This document shows positions 43,618 through 55,944 of a stretch of DNA of 64,000 bases, one piece after another. Source of the stretch: an uncultured Candidatus Saccharimonas sp. Lineage in GTDB: Bacteria; Patescibacteriota; Saccharimonadia; Saccharimonadales; OMJO01. The stretch covers positions 109,803 through 173,802 of the forward strand of contig CALRAM010000001.1 of the NCBI GenBank assembly GCA_943353165.1. Reading direction: 5' to 3'. The notes below the pieces were generated by a model that was given only the letters and a program-made list of their open reading frames with translations, made no database searches and had not been told where the DNA came from. Positions within the stretch are counted from its first letter, which is position 1. Each line of letters begins with the position of its first letter. A program made the position numbers and the translations under genes.

Positions 43618-46600
43618 ATGAATAGTTTTGTTACAGAATACAACTTGTTGAACAAACAGCAAAAAGAAGCAGTAGACTGCATAAATGGACCATTGCTAGT
43701 TATAGCAGGACCTGGCACTGGAAAAACACAATTATTAAGCTTGCGAGTTGCAAACATACTAGACAAAACAGATACTCTGGCAGAAAACATACTCTGCCTG
43801 ACTTATACAGAGTCTGGGGCGCAGACAATGCGAAACCGTCTAGCAAGTTTCATAGGCCAATCAGCCTATGATGTCAGAATTGGTACGTATCATGCTTTTG
43901 GAAATGAAATCATCAGAAATTATGCAGAATATTTCGAAGACGACCCGTCGCTGGTACCAATAGACGATCTAGGAATAGATACAATCTTAAGAAAACTATT
44001 TGATGATTTACCATTCAGTAGCTTGCTAAAAAGTAGTCAGGCATACCTAAGCGATCTGCGGACATTTATAGGGGATAGCAAAAGAGCGCTATTAAACCCT
44101 GATGACTTAACAAAAATAGCAAATAACAATCTAGATATCATAGAGAATCTGACAAATTTAGTAAAAACAGAACTGGCAACTGTAGTTACTATGAATAAAG
44201 ATGCCATGAATTCATTTGTAAATCTGCAGAATGCTTTTTCCGCAGTAAAAGCTCCATTGTCGTATAGGTCTGATATCCCAAATTTATTTGTTATGGCAAA
44301 CAAAGAACTAGAAGAAGCGAACAATAGCTATCTACAGACAAACAAAACTACACAAGTTACAAAATGGAAAAATAAATGGCTGGCAAAGGATTACGAAGGA
44401 AACTGGGTTTTTGAAGGCAAAAGGTCAAACCAAAAAGTTTTGGCAGCAGCAAAAATGTATGAATCCTACCAAAAAATTCTGATAGAAAATAATTTATTTG
44501 ATTATGACGATATGATAATGCGTGCAGTAAAAGGGCTCCAAATGTCTGATGACGTCAGATATACTTTGCAGGAAAAATACCAATATATTTTGCTAGACGA
44601 ATTTCAGGACACTAACCCGGCACAACTAAAACTAGTCGAGTTATTATGCAACAATCCAGTAAACGAAGGCAGGCCCAACGTAATGGCAGTTGGTGACGAT
44701 GACCAAGCGATATATAGCTTTCAAGGATCTGACTACTCCAATATGCTGACATTCAAAAATATGTTCGTAGATACCGCTGTTGTAGCTCTGACTGCAAATT
44801 ATCGCAGTCATGCCGATGTATTGCACGTTGCGCACAATATAGCAGAGCAAATAGAGCATAGACTCCATCATGAAGAAAAAGGTATCAAAAAAGTTTTGAC
44901 CGCAGAAAGTAAACTCGTTCCAAAAGATGCAGTTATAGCACGGCATGAATTTGTTAGTGATATATCCCAGTACGCATGGGTGGCGGAGAAAATAGAAAAA
45001 CTGCAAAAAGCAGGGATACCGTACAAGGAAATTGTAGTACTGGCACCAAAACACAAATTTCTGGAACCATTAATACCTTTTCTGCAGCAAAAAAACATTC
45101 CTGTGCATTATCAAAAAAGAGAAAACATACTAGACGCTCCGTTAATAAAAGAACTTCTTACGATGGCAGAATTAGTAGTGGCTCTGAATGAAAATAAAGC
45201 ATCGGCCAACGAATTATGGTCAGTTGTACTTAGCTACGACTTCTGGAACCTTCCGACCTCATTAATTTGGGAGATATCCTGGAAATCTTTTGACGACAGA
45301 ACTTCGTGGGACAAACTATTATTTGAGAATGAGTTACTGAAACCGATTTGTCTATTCTTTTTCAAACTGTCTAATGCATATAACACAGAGATAATGGAAA
45401 CAATGCTAGATTACTTAACCGGGATAGAGGCACTGGACCTAAAAGAAGAATCCATCATAGAACCATTTATGTCACCATTCAAAAAATATTACTTTGACAA
45501 CCAGACGAATGAATCTAGTTACTGGAATGCGTTAACACTTTTAGCTGTTCTGAGATCTCACCTCAGAAATAGCAAACCTACAAAGAGCGGTTCGGCAATG
45601 TATCTTTCTGATTTATTGTCGTTTTATAAAGCTCACGAACTAGCAAATATACCAATACTAAACACCAATCCACATCAAGAAAGCGAAGATGCAGTTCAAA
45701 TTATGACTGCTTTCAAAGCAAAGGGGCAGGAATTTGAAACTGTTATTTTACTCTGTAGCACAGACGAAGTTTGGGGCACCAAAAGCCGAAGTCACAGTTC
45801 AAACATTACATTGCCTTACAATTTGTCATTCATAAGATATGCAGGTGCCACGAACGATGAGAGACTTCGTTTGCTATTTGTGGCAGTAACTAGAGCCAAA
45901 TCGCATTTATTTTTGACAAGCTATGCTTCAAACATGTCAGGAAAGGCTACTGTACCGTTAAAATATTTAGATGAAATAAAACAAGAAGGAAAAACATTTA
46001 GTCGTGTTTTGCCTGCAAAATATGCAGATATATTACAAACGGAATTTTTAGTCGAAAAACCTGAAATATTAGAACTATTCTGGCAACAAAGACATATAAA
46101 TGGATTAAATAATATAACTCTTAAAAATTTATTGGCCCCTAGGCTTCAAAAATTTAAATTGAGCGCCACGCATCTGAACGGATTTATAAATGTATCAACT
46201 TCCAGCCCTGATCAATTTTATTTAAATACTATACTGAGATTTCCTAGTGGTATGAGTCCTAGCGGACAATACGGAAATGCTATGCATGAAACATTAAAGG
46301 GAATTCATAATAAGCTGAGGGCAGAAAACAAAACACCTACAGTAGATATGATACTAGATGATTTCCGCATAAGAATGAATTCCAAAGGTTTGAACAAACA
46401 AAACACAGATCAATACTTGGAAAGGGGTTCAAACTCGCTAAAGCTATATTTGAAAAAGTACCTAAATACTTTTGACATAAATGACGAGCACGAATTTGAT
46501 TTTGCTAATCAAGGGGTTACATTGGGAGATGTTATATTGACCGGCAAAATAGACAAATTGCAAATAAACCAAAAAACAAAAACAATCATTGTTACAGACT

Positions 46601-46944
46601 ACAAAACAGGCCAATCGGCAAATAAATGGTCCAATTCAGATGCAAAATTACTAAATTTTAGACGGCAACTTTGTTTCTATAAAATACTGATAGAAAACTC
46701 TAATAAATACAGAGGGTACAAAGTAGAGGAAGGGATTATAGAATACGTAGAGCCCGACGAAAATAACGAGATACAAAAGCTGCGTATGACTTTTGACGAC
46801 GAAACCGTGAACACGACTAAACAATTGATACGGAAAGTCTGGGAACACATTCAGGCATTGAACTTTCCTGATACTAGTAGCTATTCAAAAAATTCCAAAG
46901 GAGTCTTGGAGTTTGTGGATGATATATTGGATTCTAAAATTTAG
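43618..46944 (+). CDS. UvrD/PcrA-family SF1 helicase fused to a C-terminal RecB-type PD-(D/E)XK nuclease domain (AddA-like)
   Basis: VIAGPGTGKTQ (motif I), ILLDEFQDTN, VGDDDQAIYSFQG, FVAVTRAK. The nuclease motif is GKIDKLQINQKTKTIIVTDYKTGQ. The Met at 43618 is preferred over 43603. Confidence 0.8.
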   Translation: MNSFVTEYNLLNKQQKEAVDCINGPLLVIAGPGTGKTQLLSLRVANILDKTDTLAENILCLTYTESGAQTMRNRLASFIGQSAYDVRIGTYHAFGNEIIRNYAEYFEDDPSLVPIDDLGIDTILRKLFDDLPFSSLLKSSQAYLSDLRTFIGDSKRALLNPDDLTKIANNNLDIIENLTNLVKTELATVVTMNKDAMNSFVNLQNAFSAVKAPLSYRSDIPNLFVMANKELEEANNSYLQTNKTTQVTKWKNKWLAKDYEGNWVFEGKRSNQKVLAAAKMYESYQKILIENNLFDYDDMIMRAVKGLQMSDDVRYTLQEKYQYILLDEFQDTNPAQLKLVELLCNNPVNEGRPNVMAVGDDDQAIYSFQGSDYSNMLTFKNMFVDTAVVALTANYRSHADVLHVAHNIAEQIEHRLHHEEKGIKKVLTAESKLVPKDAVIARHEFVSDISQYAWVAEKIEKLQKAGIPYKEIVVLAPKHKFLEPLIPFLQQKNIPVHYQKRENILDAPLIKELLTMAELVVALNENKASANELWSVVLSYDFWNLPTSLIWEISWKSFDDRTSWDKLLFENELLKPICLFFFKLSNAYNTEIMETMLDYLTGIEALDLKEESIIEPFMSPFKKYYFDNQTNESSYWNALTLLAVLRSHLRNSKPTKSGSAMYLSDLLSFYKAHELANIPILNTNPHQESEDAVQIMTAFKAKGQEFETVILLCSTDEVWGTKSRSHSSNITLPYNLSFIRYAGATNDERLRLLFVAVTRAKSHLFLTSYASNMSGKATVPLKYLDEIKQEGKTFSRVLPAKYADILQTEFLVEKPEILELFWQQRHINGLNNITLKNLLAPRLQKFKLSATHLNGFINVSTSSPDQFYLNTILRFPSGMSPSGQYGNAMHETLKGIHNKLRAENKTPTVDMILDDFRIRMNSKGLNKQNTDQYLERGSNSLKLYLKKYLNTFDINDEHEFDFANQGVTLGDVILTGKIDKLQINQKTKTIIVTDYKTGQSANKWSNSDAKLLNFRRQLCFYKILIENSNKYRGYKVEEGIIEYVEPDENNEIQKLRMTFDDETVNTTKQLIRKVWEHIQALNFPDTSSYSKNSKGVLEFVDDILDSKI

Positions 46945-46993
46945 GACGCCCCTTCGTAGGGGCGCACACTAAAAGCTATATAATTTTTTTTGG

Positions 46994-47641
46994 TTATTTT
47001 TTATTGGATTTTTTGGTTTTAGCTTTTTGACCTGAAAATATCTCTTTATACAGATTCATCCCCAATACAACGCCGATTATAGGAGCTACCATGTAGGACA
47101 CACTTACCGAACGAACACCAAGTGCGACTGCAGGGTTTAGTATTCCGTTAGAAGCAAATGCGGCTATGATACAGCCCACAAACAAGCTAGTACCAATGAT
47201 TACGGCCTTTTGACTCTCATCATAAGCCTTCATGGTTGCAGCGGCTATGCCAAGACCAAATATCAGTGCACCTACACCTTCAGCTACCATGACTCTATAG
47301 TCTACATTTTTGATAGCTATTTCTTTAATTGGACTGTCTATTAAATACTCCATTAATTTCCAGGCAGCTAGACCACCCAGCAATTGGGCTGCAATATAGA
47401 CTAGAGCTTGCGCTGTATCAATTTTTTTTAGGGTCCAATTACCTATTGTTACTGCAGGGTTAAAATGAGCCCCAGAAACAGAGCCTAGTACTAATATCAA
47501 TAGCCCCAAGGTTAAACCTGCGGCTGCAGCATAGAAAAAAGGAAATGTTGTTCGTATGCTCATTGAATATATAGCAGTTGTTAATATTGCTGTACCTAGA
47601 AACTCCGCCATTAATTTTGATGATTTTTCTTTACCAAACAT
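46994..47641 (-). CDS. MIP-family channel (aquaporin/glycerol facilitator)
   Basis: Two NPA boxes (HFNPAVT, LNPAVAL). 215 aa, 6 TM. Confidence 0.9.
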   Translation of the reverse strand: MFGKEKSSKLMAEFLGTAILTTAIYSMSIRTTFPFFYAAAAGLTLGLLILVLGSVSGAHFNPAVTIGNWTLKKIDTAQALVYIAAQLLGGLAAWKLMEYLIDSPIKEIAIKNVDYRVMVAEGVGALIFGLGIAAATMKAYDESQKAVIIGTSLFVGCIIAAFASNGILNPAVALGVRSVSVSYMVAPIIGVVLGMNLYKEIFSGQKAKTKKSNKK

Positions 47642-47742
47642 TTAACCCTCCAGTTTTTAGAACAAATAATGATGAACTAAGCATAGCGCTTTTATAAAAT
47701 ATTACAAATAGATAATAAAACTCTGAGCGTATGTCAGAAATA

Positions 47743-48723
47743 TTAGCTGGTTGGAGGGCCGATAATGTAAACCGGCAGATCACCTTTTGTTAGAGTGGCG
47801 GCAACTCCTAGTGTATAAATAAGCTTGCTCAGAAAAGCATTGTTCTTGTATATGTCAGACTTATTGCTGTATAACCTATCTGAAATGCTAGCAAGTCGCC
47901 ACACATCAACCACAAAAGCTTGTATCTCGCCTCCGCTCAATGAACGTATGATTTCTTGATCTACTGTTTGATCTTTGAGCATATTTAATATAATAAACAT
48001 TTCGTTGTGGGTGCCGTCAAGTTCTTTGACAATTTTGCCACTATCTATAATTGTATCCATAACTGCCGACCCAGAATACTTTGAGTCGCGAACTAGGTCT
48101 AATTCGGCATATTCCTGAAAATTTGCCATGGCGTCATCCAAACCTGTTGTATCAATTCCAAGACCTTGTATGGTTGCCTTTATGTGCTCCGAATTTGATG
48201 CTATGTTCTGGATAATCAATGGCGCATTATCTATGGCGCCGCAGCCTGATTTGTCTTCGGAAGAGTGATTGTCTGTATGACCCCCGAAATCTATCTTTGC
48301 AGTTTTTAGGGCACTCACAGAATCAGCGAACACCTCCTGGAGTGGTTTTTTGTCGTGTTTTCCTAATCCAATTCTAGATGCGGCAGCCATTGTCGGTCCG
48401 CCTCCAAAAACTTTTGCTCGGTTTAAAGATCGTTTTTTTATAGTTTGATCCTGATAAACTTTTAAAGTAACTCGGCCATCACCGCAACCGTCATCATCCA
48501 GCATAGTACCGTCTTTGTAGTTATCTACTGGAACCAATATTTCTCCATTGCTTATAGCATCAACAACTAATTTTATTTTTTCTGTAGCTACTACGTCAAT
48601 TCTATCATTGTGGGAAATATTTCCGCTTCCAATACCTATGCCGTCCAGCAGAAGAGTGACTTCAAAATCTGGTTTTTGCATACCAATTGTATCAATGTTC
48701 ATAATATCTTTTTCAATTTCCAT
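47743..48723 (-). CDS. hypothetical protein with conserved-looking Cys/His/Asp clusters
   Basis: 326 aa. Motifs: DDDGCGDGR and GGHTDNHSSEDKSGCGAIDN. No family recognised with confidence. Confidence 0.45.
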   Translation of the reverse strand: MEIEKDIMNIDTIGMQKPDFEVTLLLDGIGIGSGNISHNDRIDVVATEKIKLVVDAISNGEILVPVDNYKDGTMLDDDGCGDGRVTLKVYQDQTIKKRSLNRAKVFGGGPTMAAASRIGLGKHDKKPLQEVFADSVSALKTAKIDFGGHTDNHSSEDKSGCGAIDNAPLIIQNIASNSEHIKATIQGLGIDTTGLDDAMANFQEYAELDLVRDSKYSGSAVMDTIIDSGKIVKELDGTHNEMFIILNMLKDQTVDQEIIRSLSGGEIQAFVVDVWRLASISDRLYSNKSDIYKNNAFLSKLIYTLGVAATLTKGDLPVYIIGPPTS

Positions 48724-48828
48724 AACTTATGTATTTCTAATAAAACAGTTATCCACTACTCTACACCTTTTTATTATAATAATCAATAACCCTACATATG
48801 GTATGCTGTTAGTGAAGGGGAACGCTAT

Positions 48829-49149
48829 ATGGAAGAATACGAGTCATTAAAAGGATTGGAACCAGAGTTTTTAACAGATACTACAGAAACTGTAATGTCT
48901 CGTACGCACGTTGACTACTTGGATGAATCGCTCAGAAAAAACAATCCAGAACTGCATCTGAAAATACATAGAACTATAAAAGCTATCTATACAGAGGCCA
49001 ACGACAGAGGTGAATTGGAGCTAGACGATTCAGGCCACATAGAGCTAACAACTAACCAGTTTAGAGGTTTTTTGGCTATGTCGGTTATGAGGGGAGCGAT
49101 GGTGGCTCTAGTCAACACAACCCTGCCTGAAAAAGATTCTTTTAACTAG
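48829..49149 (+). CDS. hypothetical protein
   Basis: 106-aa ORF divergent from 47743-48723. Confidence 0.4.
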   Translation: MEEYESLKGLEPEFLTDTTETVMSRTHVDYLDESLRKNNPELHLKIHRTIKAIYTEANDRGELELDDSGHIELTTNQFRGFLAMSVMRGAMVALVNTTLPEKDSFN

Positions 49150-49186
49150 TAGCCCAGCTGCGACTGAGCGGAAATAGATTTTAGGG

Positions 49187-49612
49187 CTAGCGTCGTTTGC
49201 GCCGACGAAGGCCAGCCACCTGTAGTCGCACTTCATGCCTATCTATTAGGCTCTGGGCGTGCTCTATAGAAACCTGATCTTTTGCCTGGCTTTTTAAGCG
49301 TTTTGCTTCTGTTATAGCTCGTTGAACTTCTGTTTCATCTATGTCGGTTTCATGGTCTGCTTCGTCGACCAATACACGCAATACGTTATCTTTTACTTCA
49401 ATGACTCCGCCGTTAGTTGCATAGCTTTCCATCATATCATCGCGGTCGCTAGAATTTCTGCGAACGCTGACTACTCCATGTGTAGCTACACTTATCAGTG
49501 GCATATGCCCGTCCAATACACCGATTTCACCCTCCATGGTGGGCAACAATACTTCGTAAACATCACCTGCAAATTTCAGGCCGCTCAGTGTAACCAATTC
49601 AAACCTAATCAT
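49187..49612 (-). CDS. atpC: F1 ATP synthase subunit epsilon
   Basis: 141 aa, last gene of the atp operon. It has a typical beta-sandwich N-terminus and a helical C-terminus. Confidence 0.85.
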   Translation of the reverse strand: MIRFELVTLSGLKFAGDVYEVLLPTMEGEIGVLDGHMPLISVATHGVVSVRRNSSDRDDMMESYATNGGVIEVKDNVLRVLVDEADHETDIDETEVQRAITEAKRLKSQAKDQVSIEHAQSLIDRHEVRLQVAGLRRRKRR

Positions 49613-49657
49613 TTTTGCCCTCTAATAACGAAATTTGTCTTGAACCATTGCTGGAAA

Positions 49658-51070
<1,413 letters not shown>

Positions 51071-51940
51071 TTATTTAATTGCTTCCGCTCCGCTAGTTAT
51101 TTCTGCTAGTTCCTGGGTAATTGCCGCCTGACGAGCAGTGTTAAATGCCAACGTCAAATCGTCTATCAAATCAGACGCGTTATCGGTGGCGCTTTTCATA
51201 GCCATCATTCGCATCGAGTGCTCGCTGGCAACGCTTTCCAGCATCGCTTGCCATAACTGTACTTCCAAAAGCCTGATCGTAACATTATCCAGAACAACCT
51301 CTACAGATGGCTCGAATGTAGCATTTGATAATGGCTCCTCGCCTTTGTCGTTGCCATCAAAAGTTGCCGGTAACAAGGCTAGCGTATTCGCTTCTTGTAG
51401 CAAGTTTGAGCGAAAATTTGTGTAGATTAATTTTATATCGTCTACCTGTGCGGCGGTGTACAAATCTACTACCATATTCAATACAGGACGAATATCGTTA
51501 GCCGTAGGGTGGTCTCCAAAACCAGGATATGCAGCCAACAAATCAACGCCCTCAATTCTTTTTACAAACTGTGCAACCTGATTCCCCATAGCGATTATCT
51601 TTACTTTTATGCTACTTTTTTGGTCTTCTATGATAGCTTTGGACAGTAGTCTGAGTATATTTGAGTTATAGGCACCAGCCAATCCACGATTGCTAGTTAT
51701 GACAACATAAATACGACTTTTTACCTGACGCTTTATGTATAGAGGGTGTTGTTCTACGTCCGTCAATGAACTGAGTCTGGACAATAATGAATGCGCAGCT
51801 TCTCGATATTCTCTACCGTGAACAGCATGTTCCTGGGCTTTGCGCATTTTGCTGGCTGCGACCATCTCCATTGCCTTTGTTATCTGGCGTGTATTTTTTA
51901 CGGAGCTGATCCTGCGTTTTAGGGTTATAGTGTTTGCCAT
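51071..51940 (-). CDS. atpG: F1 ATP synthase subunit gamma
   Basis: 289 aa. IKRRISSVKNTRQITKAMEMVAASKMRKAQ N-terminus and ITQELAEITSGAEA C-terminus. Confidence 0.9.
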   Translation of the reverse strand: MANTITLKRRISSVKNTRQITKAMEMVAASKMRKAQEHAVHGREYREAAHSLLSRLSSLTDVEQHPLYIKRQVKSRIYVVITSNRGLAGAYNSNILRLLSKAIIEDQKSSIKVKIIAMGNQVAQFVKRIEGVDLLAAYPGFGDHPTANDIRPVLNMVVDLYTAAQVDDIKLIYTNFRSNLLQEANTLALLPATFDGNDKGEEPLSNATFEPSVEVVLDNVTIRLLEVQLWQAMLESVASEHSMRMMAMKSATDNASDLIDDLTLAFNTARQAAITQELAEITSGAEAIK

Positions 51941-51945
51941 GCTGA

Positions 51946-53508
51946 TTATTTTTTAGCTTCAACCTTTTCTGTTTGGATATAGCTTTGAGCAATTTTGTTA
52001 GCTAGCTTAATTATTTTTTCTCTAATGCTTGCGTCAGGCTCGTCGCCGGTATTTACGATATCCATTTGCTTTGAATGATCGTGCTTTAGTTCACGCAACA
52101 AATTGGCTTCTACATTTTTGACTTTATCTATAGGAACTTTATCAAAACAACCTTCGCTGGCGGACAGTAGTATTGCGTACATTTGCCAAATAGAATACGG
52201 GCTGTACTGAGGCTGTTTCAACAACTCAGTCAATCGTTGACCACGTTCTATCCTTTGTCTAGTTTCAGCATCCAAATCAGTAGAGAACTGTGCAAAAGCA
52301 GCCAGCTCGCGGAACTGTGCCAAATCTATTCGCAGCGATTTGGCTACGCTCTTTACGGCCTTTGTTTGTGCGTTACCACCAACTCTGGATACAGACAATC
52401 CAACAGAAATTGCTGGACGAATACCCTGATAAAACAAGGCTGTTTCCATAAAAATCTGTCCATCTGTAATAGAAATAACATTTGTAGGTATGTAGGCGCT
52501 AATATCGCCAGCTTGGGTTTCAATTATTGGCAGGGCAGTCAGCGAACCAGCTCCTAGTTCATCGCTAAGTTTTGCGGCTCTTTCCAAAAGTCGCGAGTGC
52601 AAATAGAATACATCACCAGGATAAGCTTCACGGCCTGGTGGACGCCTTAGCAACAAGCTCATTTGGCGATAGGCTGCAGCGTGTTTTGTTAGGTCGTCAA
52701 AGATAATCAATGCATGCTGTCCGTTGTCTCGGAAATACTCGCCCATAGAGGCACCGGCATAAGGCGCCAAATACTGAAGACTAGCTGGATCTGCGGCGCT
52801 AGTTGCCACTACAATTGTTTGATCCATAACACCTTCACGCTTTAATCTCTCGACCAATCTGGCAACCTTGCTAAGCTTTTGACCTATTGCTACATAAATA
52901 TTAATCACTCCTGTGTTTTGACGGTGTTGATTTATCATAGTGTCAACGGCTATGGCAGTTTTGCCTGTTTGACGATCACCAATCAACAGCTCTCTTTGTC
53001 CGCGTCCTATAGGTACCATCGCGTCAATCGCAGTTATACCAGTCATCATCGGTTCATGAACGCTTTTTCTGGCTAAGACGCCAGGAGCGATTTTTTCTAC
53101 TGGGCTAGTCAGTTTTGCTTTTATTTCTCCTTTTCCGTCTATGGGCTCTCCCAGAGGATTAACAACGCGACCTACAAGCTCCGGCCCAACAGGTACTTCT
53201 AGTATTTTGCCCGTCAAATGCGCGTGAGTACCAGCCAATATATTTGTGTCGTCGCCCAGCAATACTGCTCCAATCTCGTTTTCGCCTAAATTGAATGCAA
53301 AAGCTGTCAGAGTAGTTCCGTCAATGGCGTCTATTTCTATCATCTCGTTATAGCCACAGTTTGTCAGGCCATAAATCCAAGCAACTCCGTCACCAACCTT
53401 GGTCACGATGCCTACTTTTTCTATTTCTGGGCGCTGTTTTAGCTGCGATATTGCTTCTCTGATATTGCCCGAAAGTTCTTTGATTGATACATCGACAGTT
53501 GTCTTCAT
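51946..53508 (-). CDS. atpA: F1 ATP synthase subunit alpha
   Basis: [11 protein letters not shown] Walker [32 protein letters not shown]. Confidence 0.95.
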   Translation of the reverse strand: MKTTVDVSIKELSGNIREAISQLKQRPEIEKVGIVTKVGDGVAWIYGLTNCGYNEMIEIDAIDGTTLTAFAFNLGENEIGAVLLGDDTNILAGTHAHLTGKILEVPVGPELVGRVVNPLGEPIDGKGEIKAKLTSPVEKIAPGVLARKSVHEPMMTGITAIDAMVPIGRGQRELLIGDRQTGKTAIAVDTMINQHRQNTGVINIYVAIGQKLSKVARLVERLKREGVMDQTIVVATSAADPASLQYLAPYAGASMGEYFRDNGQHALIIFDDLTKHAAAYRQMSLLLRRPPGREAYPGDVFYLHSRLLERAAKLSDELGAGSLTALPIIETQAGDISAYIPTNVISITDGQIFMETALFYQGIRPAISVGLSVSRVGGNAQTKAVKSVAKSLRIDLAQFRELAAFAQFSTDLDAETRQRIERGQRLTELLKQPQYSPYSIWQMYAILLSASEGCFDKVPIDKVKNVEANLLRELKHDHSKQMDIVNTGDEPDASIREKIIKLANKIAQSYIQTEKVEAKK

Positions 53509-53509
53509 T

Positions 53510-53914
53510 TTATTCCTTTCCGGCTCCGGTTAATCTTTTGAATTTATTTAGCTTTGATTGCGTTGTCATATCTAAAGCTTCATTTGGAAAATTTATCCTG
53601 ACGCCACCTAAAACTTCTGGGTCTATGGCTTGGTTTATTCTGATGGTGGAGGCGTCAGGGTATGATGCTTTTAGCAGCTCCGATATGTCAGTAGTGTTTT
53701 GATCGTCCAATTGATGAGCACTAACAGCTGTAACTTCAACAACACCATTGTCAGCTCTGTATTGCATGATATCTCTGATCAAAGAATCAAACTCAGCTAC
53801 TTGCTGCTCGGCAATTAAATAGGCTGCTACTTCCATAGCCAGAGTTTTCATATCAACGACGCCCATTGTTTTTCGGCCTATTGTTTCGGCTAGCTGATGT
53901 CTAGTAGGTTTCAT
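53510..53914 (-). CDS. atpH: F1 ATP synthase subunit delta (short form)
   Basis: Supported by its position between atpF and atpA, and by an OSCP-like C-terminus [21 protein letters not shown]. Confidence 0.7.
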   Translation of the reverse strand: MKPTRHQLAETIGRKTMGVVDMKTLAMEVAAYLIAEQQVAEFDSLIRDIMQYRADNGVVEVTAVSAHQLDDQNTTDISELLKASYPDASTIRINQAIDPEVLGGVRINFPNEALDMTTQSKLNKFKRLTGAGKE

Positions 53915-54456
53915 TATTTTTTAGTTAGTCCTTTTATGACTCTATCTACTATCTGAGCGTCCTTTTTGGCATCTATTTTTTCTCCGACTATTGCCTCGGT
54001 AGCTTCTGATATCAAGCCAATCAAATCTTTTTCTAGCTTTCGTCTGGCCTGAACTGACTCTTCGGCTATGCGAGCCTCTGCGTCTACCAACATCAGGTCT
54101 GTTTTTCTTCCGGCTACTTTTTCTGCTTCACGGATAATATCTCTGGCTTCTTCGTGACCGTTTGATATTATTTTGTCTGCCTCCAACCTTGCATCCCGAA
54201 GTGCAATTATGACTTGTTCGTCCATCTGTGCCTTTTGTTTTTCCATTTGCAAGCCCATTTGAACTCCTGCATCTATAGTTTTTCGTCGTTCTGTCAACAT
54301 TTTGCCGATAGGCCCAAACGCAAACTTTTTCAGTAGGGCAAACACCAATACAAATGTAACCAACTGAATGATGAATACTTTTGGACTAACGCCCAAAGCT
54401 TCTAACGGAGAACTACTGGCAGTTGTTTCGCTGGCCATGAATATATTTTGAATCAT
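53914..54456 (-). CDS. atpF: Fo ATP synthase subunit b
   Basis: Single N-terminal TM followed by a long charged helix. Operon position supports the call. Confidence 0.85.
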   Translation of the reverse strand: MIQNIFMASETTASSSPLEALGVSPKVFIIQLVTFVLVFALLKKFAFGPIGKMLTERRKTIDAGVQMGLQMEKQKAQMDEQVIIALRDARLEADKIISNGHEEARDIIREAEKVAGRKTDLMLVDAEARIAEESVQARRKLEKDLIGLISEATEAIVGEKIDAKKDAQIVDRVIKGLTKK

Positions 54457-54476
54457 TATTTATAAACCTTTTTTAT

Positions 54477-54710
54477 CTACTTGATTATGAACAAACTAGC
54501 GAATACTAATAGAGCCATCAGCTCGACTACGGCTACGAAAACCAATATCTGACCCAAATATTTAGCAGCTTCTGGGTTACGGCCTACAGCGTTCATGAAC
54601 GAAGCACCAATCAAGCCAACTCCAATTCCCGGTCCAATCATTCCAAAACCCATCATGATACCTTTTCCTAGGATATCTAAGCTTCCTGTTATTTCTGATA
54701 AGTACAACAT
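54477..54710 (-). CDS. atpE: Fo ATP synthase subunit c
   Basis: 77-aa helical hairpin. GRNPEAA loop, with the carboxylate in VVELMALLVF. Confidence 0.9.
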   Translation of the reverse strand: MLYLSEITGSLDILGKGIMMGFGMIGPGIGVGLIGASFMNAVGRNPEAAKYLGQILVFVAVVELMALLVFASLFIIK

Positions 54711-54755
54711 ATTTTCTATCTCCTTCTTACTAAATTTATAATAATTAATACACTT

Positions 54756-55604
54756 TTATGATGAACTACTAACCGCCATTTCGGTCAAAGAGTCATATTT
54801 GACATCTTCTTTGGCCTCATGGCTGTCGTCGCTATGTTTTATAGCTAACGACAGATAGGTTACACTCAACATCACGAAAATATACGCCTGAAGTAAACAC
54901 ACTCCCAGTTCTAGAATCAAAAACGGCAAATCTGTCAGAGGTGCTACATTTTTTCCCAAATAGGCAAAGACGGTAATTATGATTTCTCCGATGGCTATGT
55001 TTAAAAATAGCCTCAGCGCCAAACTGAATAACCTGATAAATTCACCAAAAACTTCGTAGATTCCTACAAAATAAGTTAGAGGATTCCATAATTTACCCGC
55101 AAAATAGTGTCGTAAATGTTTTATGAACCCAGATTCGCGAATAGCAAAATACTGAACCAAGCTCAACGAAACGACAGAAATCGCTAGTGTGGCGTTTAGG
55201 TCGGCTGTAAAAGCACGCAAAAAAGGCTGGTCGTGGTAAACCAAGGCTTCACCGACGCCTGGCATCAAGCCAAGCAAATTACTCAGTGCAATAAAAAAGA
55301 ACATGGTGGCAAAATAGGGACCGTATTTGAGGGCTTTTTCTTTGCCACCCAAAGCACCTTCCAACAAGTTTGATATAAATTCTGATCCTGCCTCCACGAA
55401 CTGTGTCAGTCCGCCTTTTGGTCTAATCGTCATTCGTCTGGCAACTCTGATGAGTATTACAACAATCAAAACTGAACATATCCAGGCAAAAATCATAGAG
55501 TTGGTGATTGGCCAGCCGTTAACATCAAACAAAGTCTGTGGCTTGATATGTACAGTCGGACCTGTTTCTGCTGCAAATTTTGTAAAAGCACCAAACGCCA
55601 TCAT
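54756..55604 (-). CDS. atpB: Fo ATP synthase subunit a
   Basis: LALRLFLNIAIGE contains the essential Arg. 282 aa, polytopic. Confidence 0.9.
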   Translation of the reverse strand: MMAFGAFTKFAAETGPTVHIKPQTLFDVNGWPITNSMIFAWICSVLIVVILIRVARRMTIRPKGGLTQFVEAGSEFISNLLEGALGGKEKALKYGPYFATMFFFIALSNLLGLMPGVGEALVYHDQPFLRAFTADLNATLAISVVSLSLVQYFAIRESGFIKHLRHYFAGKLWNPLTYFVGIYEVFGEFIRLFSLALRLFLNIAIGEIIITVFAYLGKNVAPLTDLPFLILELGVCLLQAYIFVMLSVTYLSLAIKHSDDSHEAKEDVKYDSLTEMAVSSSS

Positions 55605-55921
55605 GATTTATCTTTCTTTGATTGTTTATGGTTGATGTTTATAACCGTTTTTCGAACTATCGCATACGAGCCTAACAGGGCAACGACTAATCCAATAATC
55701 GTCCACACAGGGTACTTGTGGTATCGGCTATCTAGCCAACTACCAAAAAAGATCGGTATCAACACAGCCAAGGCCAATTGCCAGCCCATTTCTAAACTAG
55801 AAGTAGCGAATAACATCTTTGCATCGCTAGCATTAGTCGCAGAGGAATCTACACTAGTAATTGGCAGTCCTTTTGTTTTTTTGAGTGTGGTGTTTTTAGG
55901 CATACCAAAATAGTATAACAA
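55601..55921 (-). CDS. AtpZ/AtpI-like small membrane protein at the head of the atp operon
   Basis: Two TM helices (GWQLALAVLIPIFFGSWLD, WTIIGLVVALLGSYAIV). It overlaps the atpB start by 4 nt. The start may be the internal Met at 55903. Confidence 0.55.
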   Translation of the reverse strand: MLYYFGMPKNTTLKKTKGLPITSVDSSATNASDAKMLFATSSLEMGWQLALAVLIPIFFGSWLDSRYHKYPVWTIIGLVVALLGSYAIVRKTVININHKQSKKDKS

Positions 55922-55944
55922 CAGATACGGTTATAGCCAAATTT

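Noticed and set aside
46947-46964. GC hairpin CGCCCC-TTCGTA-GGGGCG between convergent genes, as a terminator feature
   Set aside because: It is plausible as a bidirectional terminator, but it has only a 6-bp stem and no adjacent T-run on the + strand. It is not listed as a feature.
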